From contig JAZKFB010000009.1 in the NCBI GenBank assembly GCA_040386695.1, forward strand, positions 47,436 through 111,435: a stretch of DNA of 64,000 nucleotides. Reading direction: 5' to 3'. The position numbers were made by a program, and so were the translations under genes. The notes under the pieces are model-generated. The model saw only the letters and a program-made list of their open reading frames with translations. It did not search any database and was not told the origin of the DNA. This DNA comes from Verrucomicrobiota bacterium. Its GTDB lineage: Bacteria; Verrucomicrobiota; Verrucomicrobiia; Verrucomicrobiales; V1-33. Of the stretch, positions 1 to 10,000 are shown piece by piece. Numbering within the stretch: the first letter of the stretch is position 1; every line of letters starts with the position of its first letter.

Positions 1-210
1 TTCATCTCCCATCCTGAGCTGCTGCAGGATTATTCCGTCTTCTCCATGCTGGCCGGCATCTTCGCCGCCTGGCTCGCCGCCGTGCTTTCCGTGAAGTGGA
101 TGGTCGGCTGGCTTCAGAAACGGGGCATCACCATCTTCGGTTATTACCGCATCGCTCTGGCCATCATCGTGACCGCGCTGCTGATGTCGAAGGTGATTTC
201 CCCGACCTGA
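1..210 (+). CDS. uppP: undecaprenyl-diphosphate phosphatase (UppP/BacA family), C-terminal fragment; 5' end outside window
   Basis: Frame 1 is open from base 1 to TGA 208-210 (absent from ORF track because there is no start in the window). Translation ...FSMLAGIFAAWLAAVLSVKWMVGWLQKRGITIFGYYRIALAIIVTALLM gives two terminal TM helices with the F-x-YRI tail I associate with UppP. Confidence 0.55.
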   Translation, partial: FISHPELLQDYSVFSMLAGIFAAWLAAVLSVKWMVGWLQKRGITIFGYYRIALAIIVTALLMSKVISPT

Positions 211-329
211 CGGAAACCAGACACGGGCTACCCATTCAGGTAGTGCCGCCCCAAGGATAGGAGGTTGTATGTTTGTTATGCCGGGTTTTATGATGGCGTT
301 CGGTTTTTCGGCTGCTTATCCAGCATGCC

Positions 330-959
330 ATGACCGCCATCCTTCCCCATCAGCAAATGAACGCTGCCTCCCCCGCCCGCCTCACGCTTCAAATCCTTGC
401 GTTTGGAGGCTCCCTGTGTTCTCCTGCCGGGACGGCGAAAGCGGCTCTGACGTTCTCCAATTTGAAGCTGACCTCCGTCAGTTTCTCAGTGGACATTCTG
501 GGGACTATGCCTGCGACTCCTCCAGTGGACAGCAAGGGGGTTTTTTACTTCGTTAACCCGGTATCAAACGCAAGTCCGGGATTTGCCCGGGGGAATTTTG
601 CTGAAAGCGATTCCCGAAGTTTCATCGGAGCCCAGAGTTTCCGCACTTCGTTTGGCATGCGGACAGGAGGACTCAATTTTGGTGACTATCTGGTGGCTGC
701 TTTTGAGGGTCTTTCCCCTGGAGAAGTTATCGAAGGCACACTTTCAGGCCGTTGGGCTTCGGCTGCTTTTGATGTCTCACAGGTTTCCAGCCTGAATGTG
801 TTCTGGGGCTCCAATGAGTCTTTGGGATATAGTGGCGCGACAACCGGCGGGGTGCTTGTGGGCGATCATATTCCGGTGAATGCCAATCCCGCACCGGAAG
901 CTTCATCGCCGCTGATGCTCGGCCTGACTGGCCTTCTCACGCTCCGCCGCCGGCGCTGA
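330..959 (+). CDS. PEP-CTERM sorting-signal protein, function unknown
   Basis: 209-aa ORF. Signal-like N-terminus (true start may be M at 357: MNAASPARLTLQILAFGGSLCSPAGTAKA). C-terminus PAPEASSPLMLGLTGLLTLRRRR has the P-E-x motif, hydrophobic helix and Arg cluster of a PEP-CTERM signal. Confidence 0.7.
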   Translation: MTAILPHQQMNAASPARLTLQILAFGGSLCSPAGTAKAALTFSNLKLTSVSFSVDILGTMPATPPVDSKGVFYFVNPVSNASPGFARGNFAESDSRSFIGAQSFRTSFGMRTGGLNFGDYLVAAFEGLSPGEVIEGTLSGRWASAAFDVSQVSSLNVFWGSNESLGYSGATTGGVLVGDHIPVNANPAPEASSPLMLGLTGLLTLRRRR

Positions 960-1118
960 GAGTGGTTGGCCTTTCCGGATTTCCAATCCCTTCCGGAGCG
1001 ATGGCTCCAGGATGGACTTTTTGGAGCACGCCGGATATGGGAAAGGAACGGCCACTCCCTTATGCAGGATCAGTTGGGGATTGACCACCGCTCCCTCTTC
1101 CTCTTCAAAGAGAGGATC

Positions 1119-2522
1119 ATGTCCTTCATCCACGACGATTTTCTTCTCGCCACCCCCCTGGCGCGCCGGCTTTACCATGAAATCGCGGCTCCCCAGCCGA
1201 TCATCGATTTCCACTCCCATCTGCCGCCCCAGGATGTGGCCGAGGATCGGCGGTTCGCCAATCTTTTCGAGATCTGGCTGGCCGGGGATCACTACAAGTG
1301 GCGGGCGATGCGGTCCAACGGGGAAGCCGAGGCTTTCTGCACGGGCAACGCGGCGCCTTATGAAAAATTCCTCGCTCTGGCCCGCACCATCCCGCACTGC
1401 CTGCGGAATCCGCTCCACCACTGGTGCCACCTGGAGCTGAAGCGCTATTTCGGCATCGACGAGCTGCTGACGCCGGAGTCCGCGCCCCGCATCTGGGCGC
1501 AGGCCAACGAGCGGCTGTCCGCGCCGGACTGCACCGCGCGGAAAATTCTCGCCGATTTCAAAGTCGAGGTCGTCGGCACCACGGACGATCCCGCCGACCG
1601 GCTCACGCATCACAAAACCATCGCCGCCTCCGGCTGCGCCACCCGCATTCTCCCGACTTTCCGGCCGGACAACCTGCTGAAAATCGACCAGACCTCCTTC
1701 TTCAACACCTACGTTGAAAAACTCGCCGCCACCGCCGACACGGACGTCGGCACTTTCCAGGGCCTGATCACGGCGCTGGAAAAACGCCATGCGGCCTTCC
1801 ATTCCATGGGCGGGCGGCTCAGCGATCATGGGCTTCCCCAGGCCACGCACCATTTCTGCAGCGGTTCGGAAGCCGCCGCCATTTATGACAAAGCCCGCGC
1901 GGGTCATCAGGTCACGCCGGAGGAGCAGCAGAAATTCGCCACCTACATCATGGTCCACACCGGCCGTCTGGACGCCCAGAAAGGCTGGACCATGCAGCTG
2001 CACCTCGGTCCGCTGCGCAGCAACAGCACCCGGCAGTTCCGCGCCCTGGGGCCGGACACCGGATTCGACTCCATCGGGGATCTGCCTCAGGCTCAGGCGC
2101 TTTCCCGGTTTCTCGACTATCTGGATGTCGATGGCTCCCTGCCGAAGACCATCCTCTACAACATCAACCCCGCCGACAACTACACCATCGGCACCATGTG
2201 CGGGAATTTCATGGACGGCAGCATCGCCGGGAAAGTGCAGTTCGGCTCCGGCTGGTGGTTCCTTGATCAGAAGGAGGGCATGGAATGGCAGATCAACGCC
2301 CTGTCGAACCTCGGCCTGCTCAGTCACTGGGTGGGCATGCTCACGGACAGCCGGTCCTTCATGTCCTTCCCCCGGCACGAATATTTCCGCCGCATTTTCT
2401 GCAATCTCCTCGCCCGCGACGCCGCCAGCGGGGAAGTTCCGGACGATTTCGACATGCTCGCCGGTCTCGTGGAGCGCGTCTGCTATGGCAATGCCCGGAA
2501 GTTTTTCGGATTTTACGCCTGA
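1119..2522 (+). CDS. uxaC: glucuronate isomerase
   Basis: MSFIHDDFLL..ARRLYHEIA..PIIDFHSHL..GDHYKWRAMR..GSGWWFLDQKEGM are UxaC hallmarks over about 467 aa. ATG 1119 is preceded by AAGAGAGGA. The track start at 966 adds 51 non-homologous residues. Confidence 0.93.
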   Translation: MSFIHDDFLLATPLARRLYHEIAAPQPIIDFHSHLPPQDVAEDRRFANLFEIWLAGDHYKWRAMRSNGEAEAFCTGNAAPYEKFLALARTIPHCLRNPLHHWCHLELKRYFGIDELLTPESAPRIWAQANERLSAPDCTARKILADFKVEVVGTTDDPADRLTHHKTIAASGCATRILPTFRPDNLLKIDQTSFFNTYVEKLAATADTDVGTFQGLITALEKRHAAFHSMGGRLSDHGLPQATHHFCSGSEAAAIYDKARAGHQVTPEEQQKFATYIMVHTGRLDAQKGWTMQLHLGPLRSNSTRQFRALGPDTGFDSIGDLPQAQALSRFLDYLDVDGSLPKTILYNINPADNYTIGTMCGNFMDGSIAGKVQFGSGWWFLDQKEGMEWQINALSNLGLLSHWVGMLTDSRSFMSFPRHEYFRRIFCNLLARDAASGEVPDDFDMLAGLVERVCYGNARKFFGFYA

Positions 2523-2530
2523 AAAACGGC

Positions 2531-2554
2531 CCCGCGCCAACGGAAGCGCGGGGC
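2531..2554 (+). terminator. GC hairpin immediately after uxaC stop (terminator-like, no U-tract)
   Basis: CCCCGCGC (2531-2538), loop CAACGGAA, GCGCGGGG (2547-2554). It begins 9 nt after the TGA. No T-run follows, so intrinsic-terminator status is uncertain. Confidence 0.35.
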
Positions 2555-2649
2555 TCCGATCCGTGAGTTTCCAAATTCCGGCCGCAAAGTCCTCTGCCTG
2601 AAGGAGTTTGACATTTTAATCAGAACTGCAACTTTCTCGGCAATTCTGT

Positions 2650-3462
2650 ATGAAAAACCTCCTCCTCGCCCTTTGTCTTGTCGGCATGTCCTCTCCCGCC
2701 GCCCAAGCGGTGCTGATTCTGGCGGACAATTTCAACGCTCCGGACAACACCAATTTTGACAACTCGGACCAGACCGGCCGCCGCAGCGGCACCCTCGGGC
2801 CCGATGTTCAGCTGCGCTCCTCCCGCATTCAGCAGCAGATTATCGGCAATCAGCTGCAGCTGAACAAACCGGCTTCGGGTTCCGGCCGCATCCGTTTCCA
2901 CGATACCGCCAATCTCGGCGTCTGGCACGACTTCGCCACCGGTCCCTCCGGCGCCGCCATCCTCGCCGACGGCGGTTTCCGGGTGCAGTTCGACTGGACA
3001 CCCGTCGTGAACAATAACGAAAACTGGGTCTCCTACAGCGTGGGCATCGCCGGGCAGGGAGTTGCGGAGCCAGGCACCCGCGTGAACCACGCGGACACGG
3101 ATTTTGGCATTCTCTTCCGCCAAAGCGGGGGAAGCCAATTTTTCGACAACAGCGTGCCCACCACCGGAGGGACCTTCACCGCCACCACCAGCGCCCGGCA
3201 CGTGGTGATCGACTACTTGTTCAGCTCCTTCGCCGACGGTGCCAATTTCACGGTCACCGCCTCGGTGGACGGCAGCGCCCCGGTGGTCAACCAGACCTTC
3301 CAGTGGGCGGGCAACGCCGGGGCTCTTTACATGGAGCTGGGGTCCCTGGAAAATGGCACCCTCATTGACAATTTCTCCATCAGCACCATCCCCGAACCCA
3401 GCGCCCTGGCCTTCGCCGGCCTCGCCGCCGCCGGCGGCGTTCTGCGCCGCCGCCGCCGCTGA
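2650..3462 (+). CDS. PEP-CTERM sorting-signal protein, function unknown
   Basis: Signal peptide MKNLLLALCLVGMSSPAAQA. C-terminus STIPEPSALAFAGLAAAGGVLRRRRR is a canonical PEP-CTERM signal. Confidence 0.8.
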   Translation: MKNLLLALCLVGMSSPAAQAVLILADNFNAPDNTNFDNSDQTGRRSGTLGPDVQLRSSRIQQQIIGNQLQLNKPASGSGRIRFHDTANLGVWHDFATGPSGAAILADGGFRVQFDWTPVVNNNENWVSYSVGIAGQGVAEPGTRVNHADTDFGILFRQSGGSQFFDNSVPTTGGTFTATTSARHVVIDYLFSSFADGANFTVTASVDGSAPVVNQTFQWAGNAGALYMELGSLENGTLIDNFSISTIPEPSALAFAGLAAAGGVLRRRRR

Positions 3463-3628
3463 GCGGAGGGTTGACATTCCGCCGGCCATGCCATGCGATG
3501 GAGTAAGCGGCTCCTGATCCCTGTGGTTTTCCGGCGTCCGCAGGAAAATTACTGCTTTCTGATTTACAGGAGTCTGTGGACAGAATGCCCTCCTATTTGG
3601 TGAACTCCGCCGTTTCGCGGGAAATAGT

Positions 3629-4840
3629 TCACCGCCGCAGTTCCGTGCGGTAGCGTCCCGGCGTCTTGCCGGTGTGGGTTTTGAAAACCGCCCCCAGGTA
3701 TTCCTGATGGCGGAAACCGGCGCGTTCGGCGACTTCGGTGTAGCTGAGCTCCGTTTCGACCAGGAGCTGCTTGGCGCGCTTCAGGCGGGCGGCGAGGATT
3801 TCATCATGCACGGAGGTGCCCAGCGCGCTGCGGAACCTCCGCTGGAGCACACTGCGGGAAACCGGCACCGCGTCCACCACATCCTCCACCCCGATGCCCT
3901 CGCAGGCCCGTTCCCGGATCAGGCGCAGGGCGCTGCCCACCACGCGGTCGCTGATGGCCAGCACCTCGCTGGAATAACGGGCCGCCACCGTGCGGGGCGG
4001 GAGCACGGTTTCGCGGTCGGGCGCGGGCTCTCCCGCCAGCAGCCGGGCCATCAGGCAGGCCGCCTCGTACCCCACCTGCTCGTGCGCCGGATCCACGCTG
4101 CTCAACGGAGGCCAGCTGACCTCGCAGATGGGCACATCGTTATCCACGCCCACCACCGCGATCTCGTCAGGCACGCCCACGCCCGCGCGCCGGCAGGCCT
4201 CCAGCACCTCGGGACCGCGCTGGTCGCTGCAGACCACGATGCCGCAGGGACGCGGCAGATTCGCCACCCACTTCGCCAGCAGCTCCACCTGCTCGGTCCA
4301 GCCATGCCCGCGCGGCGCCTCGTGAACAGCGAAAGTCAGCTGCCGCTGCGTGGTCCAGATCCGCAGCGCCTCCCGGCGGCGCTCCGACCAGTTTTCGCCG
4401 GAAATGCCCACAAAAGCGAAGTGCCGGAATCCGCGCTCCGCCAAGTGCTCCGCCGCCATGCGGGCAACAGCCGCGTCGTCCGCCCGCACACAGGCGATGC
4501 CGGACTCGGGAAGAACCCCCAGAACATCCACCACCGGGACGTTCAACTCCCGCACCGCCTCCAGCGTGGCCTGATCCTGGATCCGGGCGATGATGCCGTC
4601 CCCTTTCCAGCCTCTGAGCCCGGAGGGAATCCCCTCCTGCAGTCCGCGGGGCTGATGGAAGACGGACCACTGATGATGTTCCCGGATATGGCGCGCTATT
4701 CCGCTGAGGATATCGCGGCCGGACGCCAGGGAGGTTTCTATCAGCAGCGCCACTTGCGGGCGGGAGGAAACGGAGGGTTCAAATGCTTTCACATGTTCCG
4801 ACCTAATGTCTTCAGATTGCAGTGTCAACATTTGCGTCAA
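3629..4840 (-). CDS. XylR-like transcriptional regulator (periplasmic-binding-protein-like sensor + AraC-type HTH)
   Basis: 403 aa. N-terminal PQVALLIETSLASGRDILSGIARH..VDVLG resembles a LacI/PBP-like sugar-binding fold. C-terminal RRFRSALGTSVHDEILAARLKRAKQLLVETELSYTEVAERAGFRHQEYLGAVFKTHTGKTPGRYR is an AraC HTH. It is divergent from galK. Confidence 0.85.
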   Translation of the reverse strand: MTQMLTLQSEDIRSEHVKAFEPSVSSRPQVALLIETSLASGRDILSGIARHIREHHQWSVFHQPRGLQEGIPSGLRGWKGDGIIARIQDQATLEAVRELNVPVVDVLGVLPESGIACVRADDAAVARMAAEHLAERGFRHFAFVGISGENWSERRREALRIWTTQRQLTFAVHEAPRGHGWTEQVELLAKWVANLPRPCGIVVCSDQRGPEVLEACRRAGVGVPDEIAVVGVDNDVPICEVSWPPLSSVDPAHEQVGYEAACLMARLLAGEPAPDRETVLPPRTVAARYSSEVLAISDRVVGSALRLIRERACEGIGVEDVVDAVPVSRSVLQRRFRSALGTSVHDEILAARLKRAKQLLVETELSYTEVAERAGFRHQEYLGAVFKTHTGKTPGRYRTELRR

Positions 4841-4983
4841 AAAATGAAGCGATACTTAAAAACCCCGAAGCATAGCAAATCCCGCAAAAACCTGATTTCT
4901 TTGCTTTTCGGGACTCTAAATCTTAAGGAATCGGCTTTAACTCTCATTGCCGCGCCGGTCCGTCCGTGATTTGATGGTAAGAC

Positions 4984-6138
4984 ATGCGGTCTCTGAATTC
5001 TCCATTTCCATCTGTCCCGGACGACCGTGCCGCCGCCGGAGCGTGGGTGGTTTCCGCACCCGGCAGGGTCAATCTGATCGGCGAGCATGTGGACTACAGC
5101 GGCGGATTTGTATTGCCCGCCGCCATTGACCGGCGGGTCACTCTGACCGCCTGGCCGCTGAGGGACAGGATCCTGCGGGTCCGCAGCCGCCATGAAACGG
5201 AGGCTGTGGAGATCGATCTCACCCAATCCCTCCGGAAAGGTCATCCCTCCTGGGCAAATTACGTGAAAGGCGTCGCCGCCGGTTTTCAGGAGCGCGGCAT
5301 CGCTTTGCCCGGGCTGGAAATTGAAATCGATTCCACCGTTCCCGCCGGAGCCGGACTCAGCAGCAGCGCCGCCCTTGAAGTCTCCACCGCCACCCTGCTG
5401 GAGACCGTGACCGGAAATCTTCTGGATCCCACAGAGAAGGCCCTGCTGTGCCAGCGGGCCGAGCACGAGTTCGCGGGCGTGCCCTGCGGCATCATGGACC
5501 AGTTCGCCTCCGTTCACGGCCGGGAAGGACACGCGCTGCTGCTGGATTGCCGCGACCGGACTTTCGAGCACATCCCCATGAGCGATCCCGCCGTGTCCCT
5601 GCTCATTTTCGACACCAAAGTGAAACACCAGCTCGCCACCAGCGCCTATGCCCGCCGCCGCGCCTCCTGCGAGGCCGCCGCCGCGTCGCTGGGCGTGGAG
5701 ACATTGCGTGACGCCACCCTGGAACAGCTTGAGGCCGCGAACCTGGATCCGGAAACACACCGCCGCGCCCGGCATGTGATCACGGAAATCGCGCGCACCG
5801 CGGAGGCCGCCTCCGCCCTGAAGTCCGGCGGCTGGGCCGCCGCCGGAAAGCTGATGCGCGCCAGCCACCTTTCGCTGCGCGACGACTTCGAAGTGAGCTG
5901 CGCCGAACTGGATTTCGCCGCCGACACCGCCTTGACCATGGACGGCGTTTTCGGCTGCCGCATGACCGGCGGCGGCTTCGGCGGCTGCGCGGTCGCCCTG
6001 GTGGCCACGGCGGCGGTCGGGGAAATCAGCACCCGCCTGACCTCGGCCTATCAGGCCCGCACCGGTATCACTCCCGCTGTTTTTCTCACCCGCCCCGCGA
6101 ACGGTCCCCGCGTGGAATCGACCCCCTCCGGCGCATGA
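4984..6138 (+). CDS. galK: galactokinase
   Basis: GRVNLIGEHVDYSGGFVLPAAID (galactokinase signature), PAGAGLSSSAALEV (GHMP ATP motif), MTGGGFGGC. The stop overlaps the next start (ATGA at 6135-6138). Confidence 0.93.
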   Translation: MRSLNSPFPSVPDDRAAAGAWVVSAPGRVNLIGEHVDYSGGFVLPAAIDRRVTLTAWPLRDRILRVRSRHETEAVEIDLTQSLRKGHPSWANYVKGVAAGFQERGIALPGLEIEIDSTVPAGAGLSSSAALEVSTATLLETVTGNLLDPTEKALLCQRAEHEFAGVPCGIMDQFASVHGREGHALLLDCRDRTFEHIPMSDPAVSLLIFDTKVKHQLATSAYARRRASCEAAAASLGVETLRDATLEQLEAANLDPETHRRARHVITEIARTAEAASALKSGGWAAAGKLMRASHLSLRDDFEVSCAELDFAADTALTMDGVFGCRMTGGGFGGCAVALVATAAVGEISTRLTSAYQARTGITPAVFLTRPANGPRVESTPSGA

Positions 6139-7643
6139 CTCCCGTCCTTCAGCTCAACGGCATCGTGAAGCGCTTCGGCGGCTTCGCGGCTCTGCGCGGG
6201 GTGGATCTGGAGGTCCGGGCCGGCGAAATCCATGCGCTCATGGGCGAAAACGGCGCGGGCAAAAGCACGCTCATCAAAGTGATGACCGGCGTTCACGCTC
6301 CGGATGAGGGCACGATCCGGCTGGGCGGCCTTGGCATTTCCCCGCAAAGCCCGCGCGAGGCGGAGGCGGCGGGCATCAGCACGGTTTATCAGGAGGTGAA
6401 TCTGCTCCCGAATCTCAGCGTGGCGGAAAACATCCTGCTGGGCCGCCAGCCGATGCTCGGCCCCTTCATCCGGCATGGCGAGGTCAAACGCCGCGCCCGC
6501 GCCGCGCTCCAGCGGCTGGGGCTCGACATCGATGTCACCCGCACCCTCGGCGAATTCCCCGTCGCTGTCCGCCAGATGGCCGCCATTGCCCGGGCCCTGG
6601 ATGTGCGGGCCAAAGTCCTGATCCTGGATGAGCCCACGTCCAGCCTGGACGCCAAGGAAGTTGACGAACTCCTCACTGTCATGCGCGGCCTGCGCGACGG
6701 GGGCATGGGCATCGTGTTTGTCAGCCACTTCCTCGATCAAATTTACAGCGCCACTGACCGCATCACCGTGCTGCGCGACGGCGGCTATATCGGCACCTGG
6801 GACACGGCCTCGCTGCCGCGCCTCGATCTGATCGGTCAGATGCTTGGGAAACCGGTCGTCACCGTCACGGGCGAAACAGTGGCTGAAGCCCATCACTCTC
6901 CGCCCCCCGCCACCGGAATCCCGCTGCTTTCCCTGCAAAACCTGGCCCGTGAAAAATCCGCGGGACCGCTGAATTTTGACATCGCTCCCGGCTCCCTGAC
7001 CGGCCTGGCGGGGTTGCTGGGCTCGGGCCGCACCGAGTCCGCGCGGATGCTTTTCGGCATCGACCCCGCGACTTCGGGGAAAATCACCCTGGCGGGAAAG
7101 CCGGCGCGGCTGCGCACTCCCCGCGAGGCCGTCCGCCACGGCCTCGCCTTCTGCAGCGAGGACCGGAAAGCCGAGGGTCTGTTCCCCGATTTATCCGTGC
7201 GCGAAAACATCGTCCTCGCCCTTCAGGCCTCGCGCGGGGCTTTGCGGCGGATTTCCCGGAAGGAGCAGGACGCCCTCGCGGAGCAGTTCATCGCCTCCCT
7301 GAACATCAAAACACGCGGCCCGGAAACTCCCGCCGGATTGCTGTCGGGAGGAAATCAGCAGAAAGTCCTCCTCGCCCGCTGGCTGGCCCTGCAGCCGAAA
7401 CTGCTGATTCTCGACGAGCCCACGCGCGGCATCGACATCGGTGCCAAAGGGGAAATCGAAACCCTCCTGCGCAGCCTGCGGGACAAAGGCCTGGCCGTCG
7501 TCTTCATCTCCGCCGAACTGGAGGAGGTGGTGCGGCTCTGCGATCAGGTGGTCGTCCTCCGTGACCGCCATCAGGAAGCCGTGCTCCAGGGGCCGGCCAT
7601 TTCCATGGACGCCATTCTCCGGGTGGTCGCCGCCGCAGCCTAA
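6135..7643 (+). CDS. ytfR: sugar ABC transporter ATP-binding protein, duplicated ATPase (YtfR type)
   Basis: 502 aa with two ABC cassettes: GENGAGKST Walker A, LILDEPTSSLD, and a second half with LSGGNQQK..LILDEPTRGID. It is followed by two RbsC-like permeases and, after the TA cassette, a YtfQ-like binding protein. Confidence 0.9.
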   Translation: MTPVLQLNGIVKRFGGFAALRGVDLEVRAGEIHALMGENGAGKSTLIKVMTGVHAPDEGTIRLGGLGISPQSPREAEAAGISTVYQEVNLLPNLSVAENILLGRQPMLGPFIRHGEVKRRARAALQRLGLDIDVTRTLGEFPVAVRQMAAIARALDVRAKVLILDEPTSSLDAKEVDELLTVMRGLRDGGMGIVFVSHFLDQIYSATDRITVLRDGGYIGTWDTASLPRLDLIGQMLGKPVVTVTGETVAEAHHSPPPATGIPLLSLQNLAREKSAGPLNFDIAPGSLTGLAGLLGSGRTESARMLFGIDPATSGKITLAGKPARLRTPREAVRHGLAFCSEDRKAEGLFPDLSVRENIVLALQASRGALRRISRKEQDALAEQFIASLNIKTRGPETPAGLLSGGNQQKVLLARWLALQPKLLILDEPTRGIDIGAKGEIETLLRSLRDKGLAVVFISAELEEVVRLCDQVVVLRDRHQEAVLQGPAISMDAILRVVAAAA

Positions 7644-7663
7644 TTTATTCCTTTTCCCATTCC

Positions 7664-8707
7664 GTGGCTTTCCCGACCTCCTCCCCGTCATCCGTTCCCG
7701 GCGCGCTGAAAACGCTGCTCTGGCCGCTGGCGGCGCTGCTGCTGCTGCTGGCCTTCAATGCCGTCACCTCCGATTTTTTCCTGCACGTGGAAATGCGGGA
7801 CGGCCGCCTCTACGGCACGCTGATCGATATTCTCAATCAGGGCGCGAAAGTCATGATCCTCGCCGTGGGCATGACCCTCGTCATCGCCACCGGCGGCGTC
7901 GATCTGTCCGTCGGCTCCGTCATGGCCATCGCGGGCGCCCTGGCCGCCGTGCTGGCGGCGGATGCCCATGCGGGGCTGTGGCTGATTCTTCCCGCCTGCC
8001 TGGGACTGGCGGCCGTGCTGGGCTCGGTGAACGGTTGGCTGGTTTCCGGCCTGAAACTCCAGCCGATCATCGCCACCCTCATCCTCATGGTCACCGGCCG
8101 GGGAGCCGCCAAGCTCCTCACAGGCAACGATATCTCGCCCGTCCGCACGATCACCTTCGACTTCCCGCCGCTGCGTTTTCTCGGCTCCGGGCACGTGCTC
8201 GGCGTGCCTTTCTCCATCGTGCTGGTGGCCCTGATTTTTGGCCTGACGGTCCTGATTTTCCGCCGCACCGCCCTGGGGCTTTTCCTGGAGGCCACCGGCA
8301 ACAACGAAACCGCCGCGCGCTTCGCCGGCCTGCCCGCCGCGCGGGTGAAAGTGCTGGCCTACGCCTGGTGCGGCCTCTGCGCCGGGCTTGCGGGGCTGGT
8401 GGAAACGGGCAATCTGGGCGCCTGCGACCCGGAGCAGACCGGCCAGATGATGGAACTCGACGCCATCTTCGCCGTGGTCGCCGGCGGCACCGTGCTCACC
8501 GGCGGGCGCTTCAGCCTCGCGGGCTCGATCCTCGGCGCGCTGCTCATTCAGACCCTGACGCACACCCTGCTGGCGCATCAGGTGCGCCCCACCGTGATGC
8601 CCGTTTACAAAGCCGTGGTCATCCTCGCGCTCTGCCTCCTGCATTCCCCCAAATTCCGCGCCCAGCTGGCCCGCCTGCGCCCGCGCCGCGCGGCCGCCGG
8701 AATCTGA
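7664..8707 (+). CDS. ytfT: sugar ABC transporter permease (YtfT type)
   Basis: 347 aa, polytopic. Motif TGGVDLSVGSVMA is typical of RbsC/BPD_transp_2 permeases. Confidence 0.88.
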   Translation: MAFPTSSPSSVPGALKTLLWPLAALLLLLAFNAVTSDFFLHVEMRDGRLYGTLIDILNQGAKVMILAVGMTLVIATGGVDLSVGSVMAIAGALAAVLAADAHAGLWLILPACLGLAAVLGSVNGWLVSGLKLQPIIATLILMVTGRGAAKLLTGNDISPVRTITFDFPPLRFLGSGHVLGVPFSIVLVALIFGLTVLIFRRTALGLFLEATGNNETAARFAGLPAARVKVLAYAWCGLCAGLAGLVETGNLGACDPEQTGQMMELDAIFAVVAGGTVLTGGRFSLAGSILGALLIQTLTHTLLAHQVRPTVMPVYKAVVILALCLLHSPKFRAQLARLRPRRAAAGI

Positions 8708-8778
8708 GTCCGGTCCGGCTGACATCCTCCTTTCCCGCCCGTCCCTCTGTTCTTCCTCCGCCCGCACCGCCGCCGCTC

Positions 8779-9738
8779 ATGAATCTTCTCCGACACCGCT
8801 GGCTTCTGCCGATGGCCACCGCCGTCATCCTGACCGCGCTGTGGCTGGGCGCGGGAATGCGATATGACAATCTGCTGAGCGTCCGCGTTTTTTCGAATCT
8901 GCTCGGAAACAACGCCGTGATCGGCGTCGCGGCGGTGGGCATGACGTTTGTGCTTCTGGCGGGCGGCATCGATCTTTCGGTGGGGGCGGTGGTGGCCTTC
9001 ACCTCCATTTTCATCGCCTCCCAAATGCGCGGCGGCATGGGAGCCTCGGCCGTCATGGCGGCGGCTCTGGCCATCGGCACTGTTTTTGGAGCGCTTCAGG
9101 GGCTGATGATTCAAGGCTACCGGCTGCCGGCGTTTCTGGTCACTCTGGGCGGAATGTTTCTCATGCGCGGCCTGGCCTTCATGGTCAGCGAGGAATCCAT
9201 CGCCATCACCAGCCCGCTTTACAGCGCTCTGCAGGAGCGCGGCATCCCCCTGGCGGCGGGCGTGCAGCTGCCGCTGACCGCAGTGCTGTTTCTGGGCGTC
9301 ATCGCGCTGGGCGCGCTGGTGGCGCACGGCACGCGCTTCGGGCGGAATGTCTACGCCCTCGGCGGCAGCGAGCCCAGCGCCCTCCTCATGGGACTGCCGG
9401 TCGCCCGGGTGCGGGTGGCTGTTTACGCCCTCAGCGGATTCTGCGCCGCCCTGGCCGGAGCCGCTCTGACGGTCCAGTCCGGAGCGGGCAACGCCACCAA
9501 CAGCCAGGGCCTGGAACTGGAGGCCATCTCCGCCGCCGTCATCGGCGGCACCCTGCTCAGCGGCGGGCGCGGCTACATCGTCGGCACCCTTCTGGGCGTG
9601 CTGGTCGCCGGCCTCATCCGCACCGTCATCAACTTCGCCGGCAACGTCCCCGCCGCCTGGCAGAGCATCGCCGTCGGCGGCCTGCTGCTCGCGTTCATCC
9701 TCCTTCAGAAACTCATCGCCCGCCGGGCTCCGGTCTGA
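8779..9738 (+). CDS. yjfF: sugar ABC transporter permease (YjfF type)
   Basis: Real start is ATG 8779 (MNLLRHRWLLPMATAVILTALW...). AGGIDLSVGAVVAF motif. The 7441 start in the track runs out of phase through ytfR/ytfT and is Arg/Pro-rich. Confidence 0.88.
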   Translation: MNLLRHRWLLPMATAVILTALWLGAGMRYDNLLSVRVFSNLLGNNAVIGVAAVGMTFVLLAGGIDLSVGAVVAFTSIFIASQMRGGMGASAVMAAALAIGTVFGALQGLMIQGYRLPAFLVTLGGMFLMRGLAFMVSEESIAITSPLYSALQERGIPLAAGVQLPLTAVLFLGVIALGALVAHGTRFGRNVYALGGSEPSALLMGLPVARVRVAVYALSGFCAALAGAALTVQSGAGNATNSQGLELEAISAAVIGGTLLSGGRGYIVGTLLGVLVAGLIRTVINFAGNVPAAWQSIAVGGLLLAFILLQKLIARRAPV

Positions 9739-9811
9739 TAAACAGACACGGGGAATTCATCAGCCTGAGGAAAAGCCGCGACTTCCGGAAAATCTCAAAG
9801 TAACTTCCGTC

Positions 9812-10000
9812 ATGAGCACTCAATTTCTAACTGATGACCAGGGCCAGAAAATCGCCGTCGTCATTCCAATTTCCGAATATGAGGAACTTTTGGAGGATTT
9901 ATCGGATCTTGCCACCGCAGCCGAACGACGCAGCGAGCCAAGAATCTCCCTGGCGGACCTCAAAACTCAACTGATCACTGATGGCCTCTTACCAGGTTGA
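9812..10000 (+). CDS. type II antitoxin (Phd/RelB-like)
   Basis: 62 aa: ..KIAVVIPISEYEELLEDLSDLATAAERR.., typical small antitoxin layout. It overlaps the RelE/ParE toxin gene by 20 nt. GC is visibly lower than in the flanks. Confidence 0.75.
   Translation: MSTQFLTDDQGQKIAVVIPISEYEELLEDLSDLATAAERRSEPRISLADLKTQLITDGLLPG

Noticed and set aside
903-2540. 545-aa ORF antisense to uxaC
   Set aside because: It lies exactly opposite a gene with unmistakable UxaC motifs. Its translation is Arg/Gly/Ala/Pro-rich low complexity, typical of shadow ORFs in GC-rich DNA.
7441-8778. Upstream part of the 765-aa ORF ending at 9738
   Set aside because: It runs out of frame through ytfR and ytfT and is Arg/Pro-rich. 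The permease homology begins only at ATG 8779.
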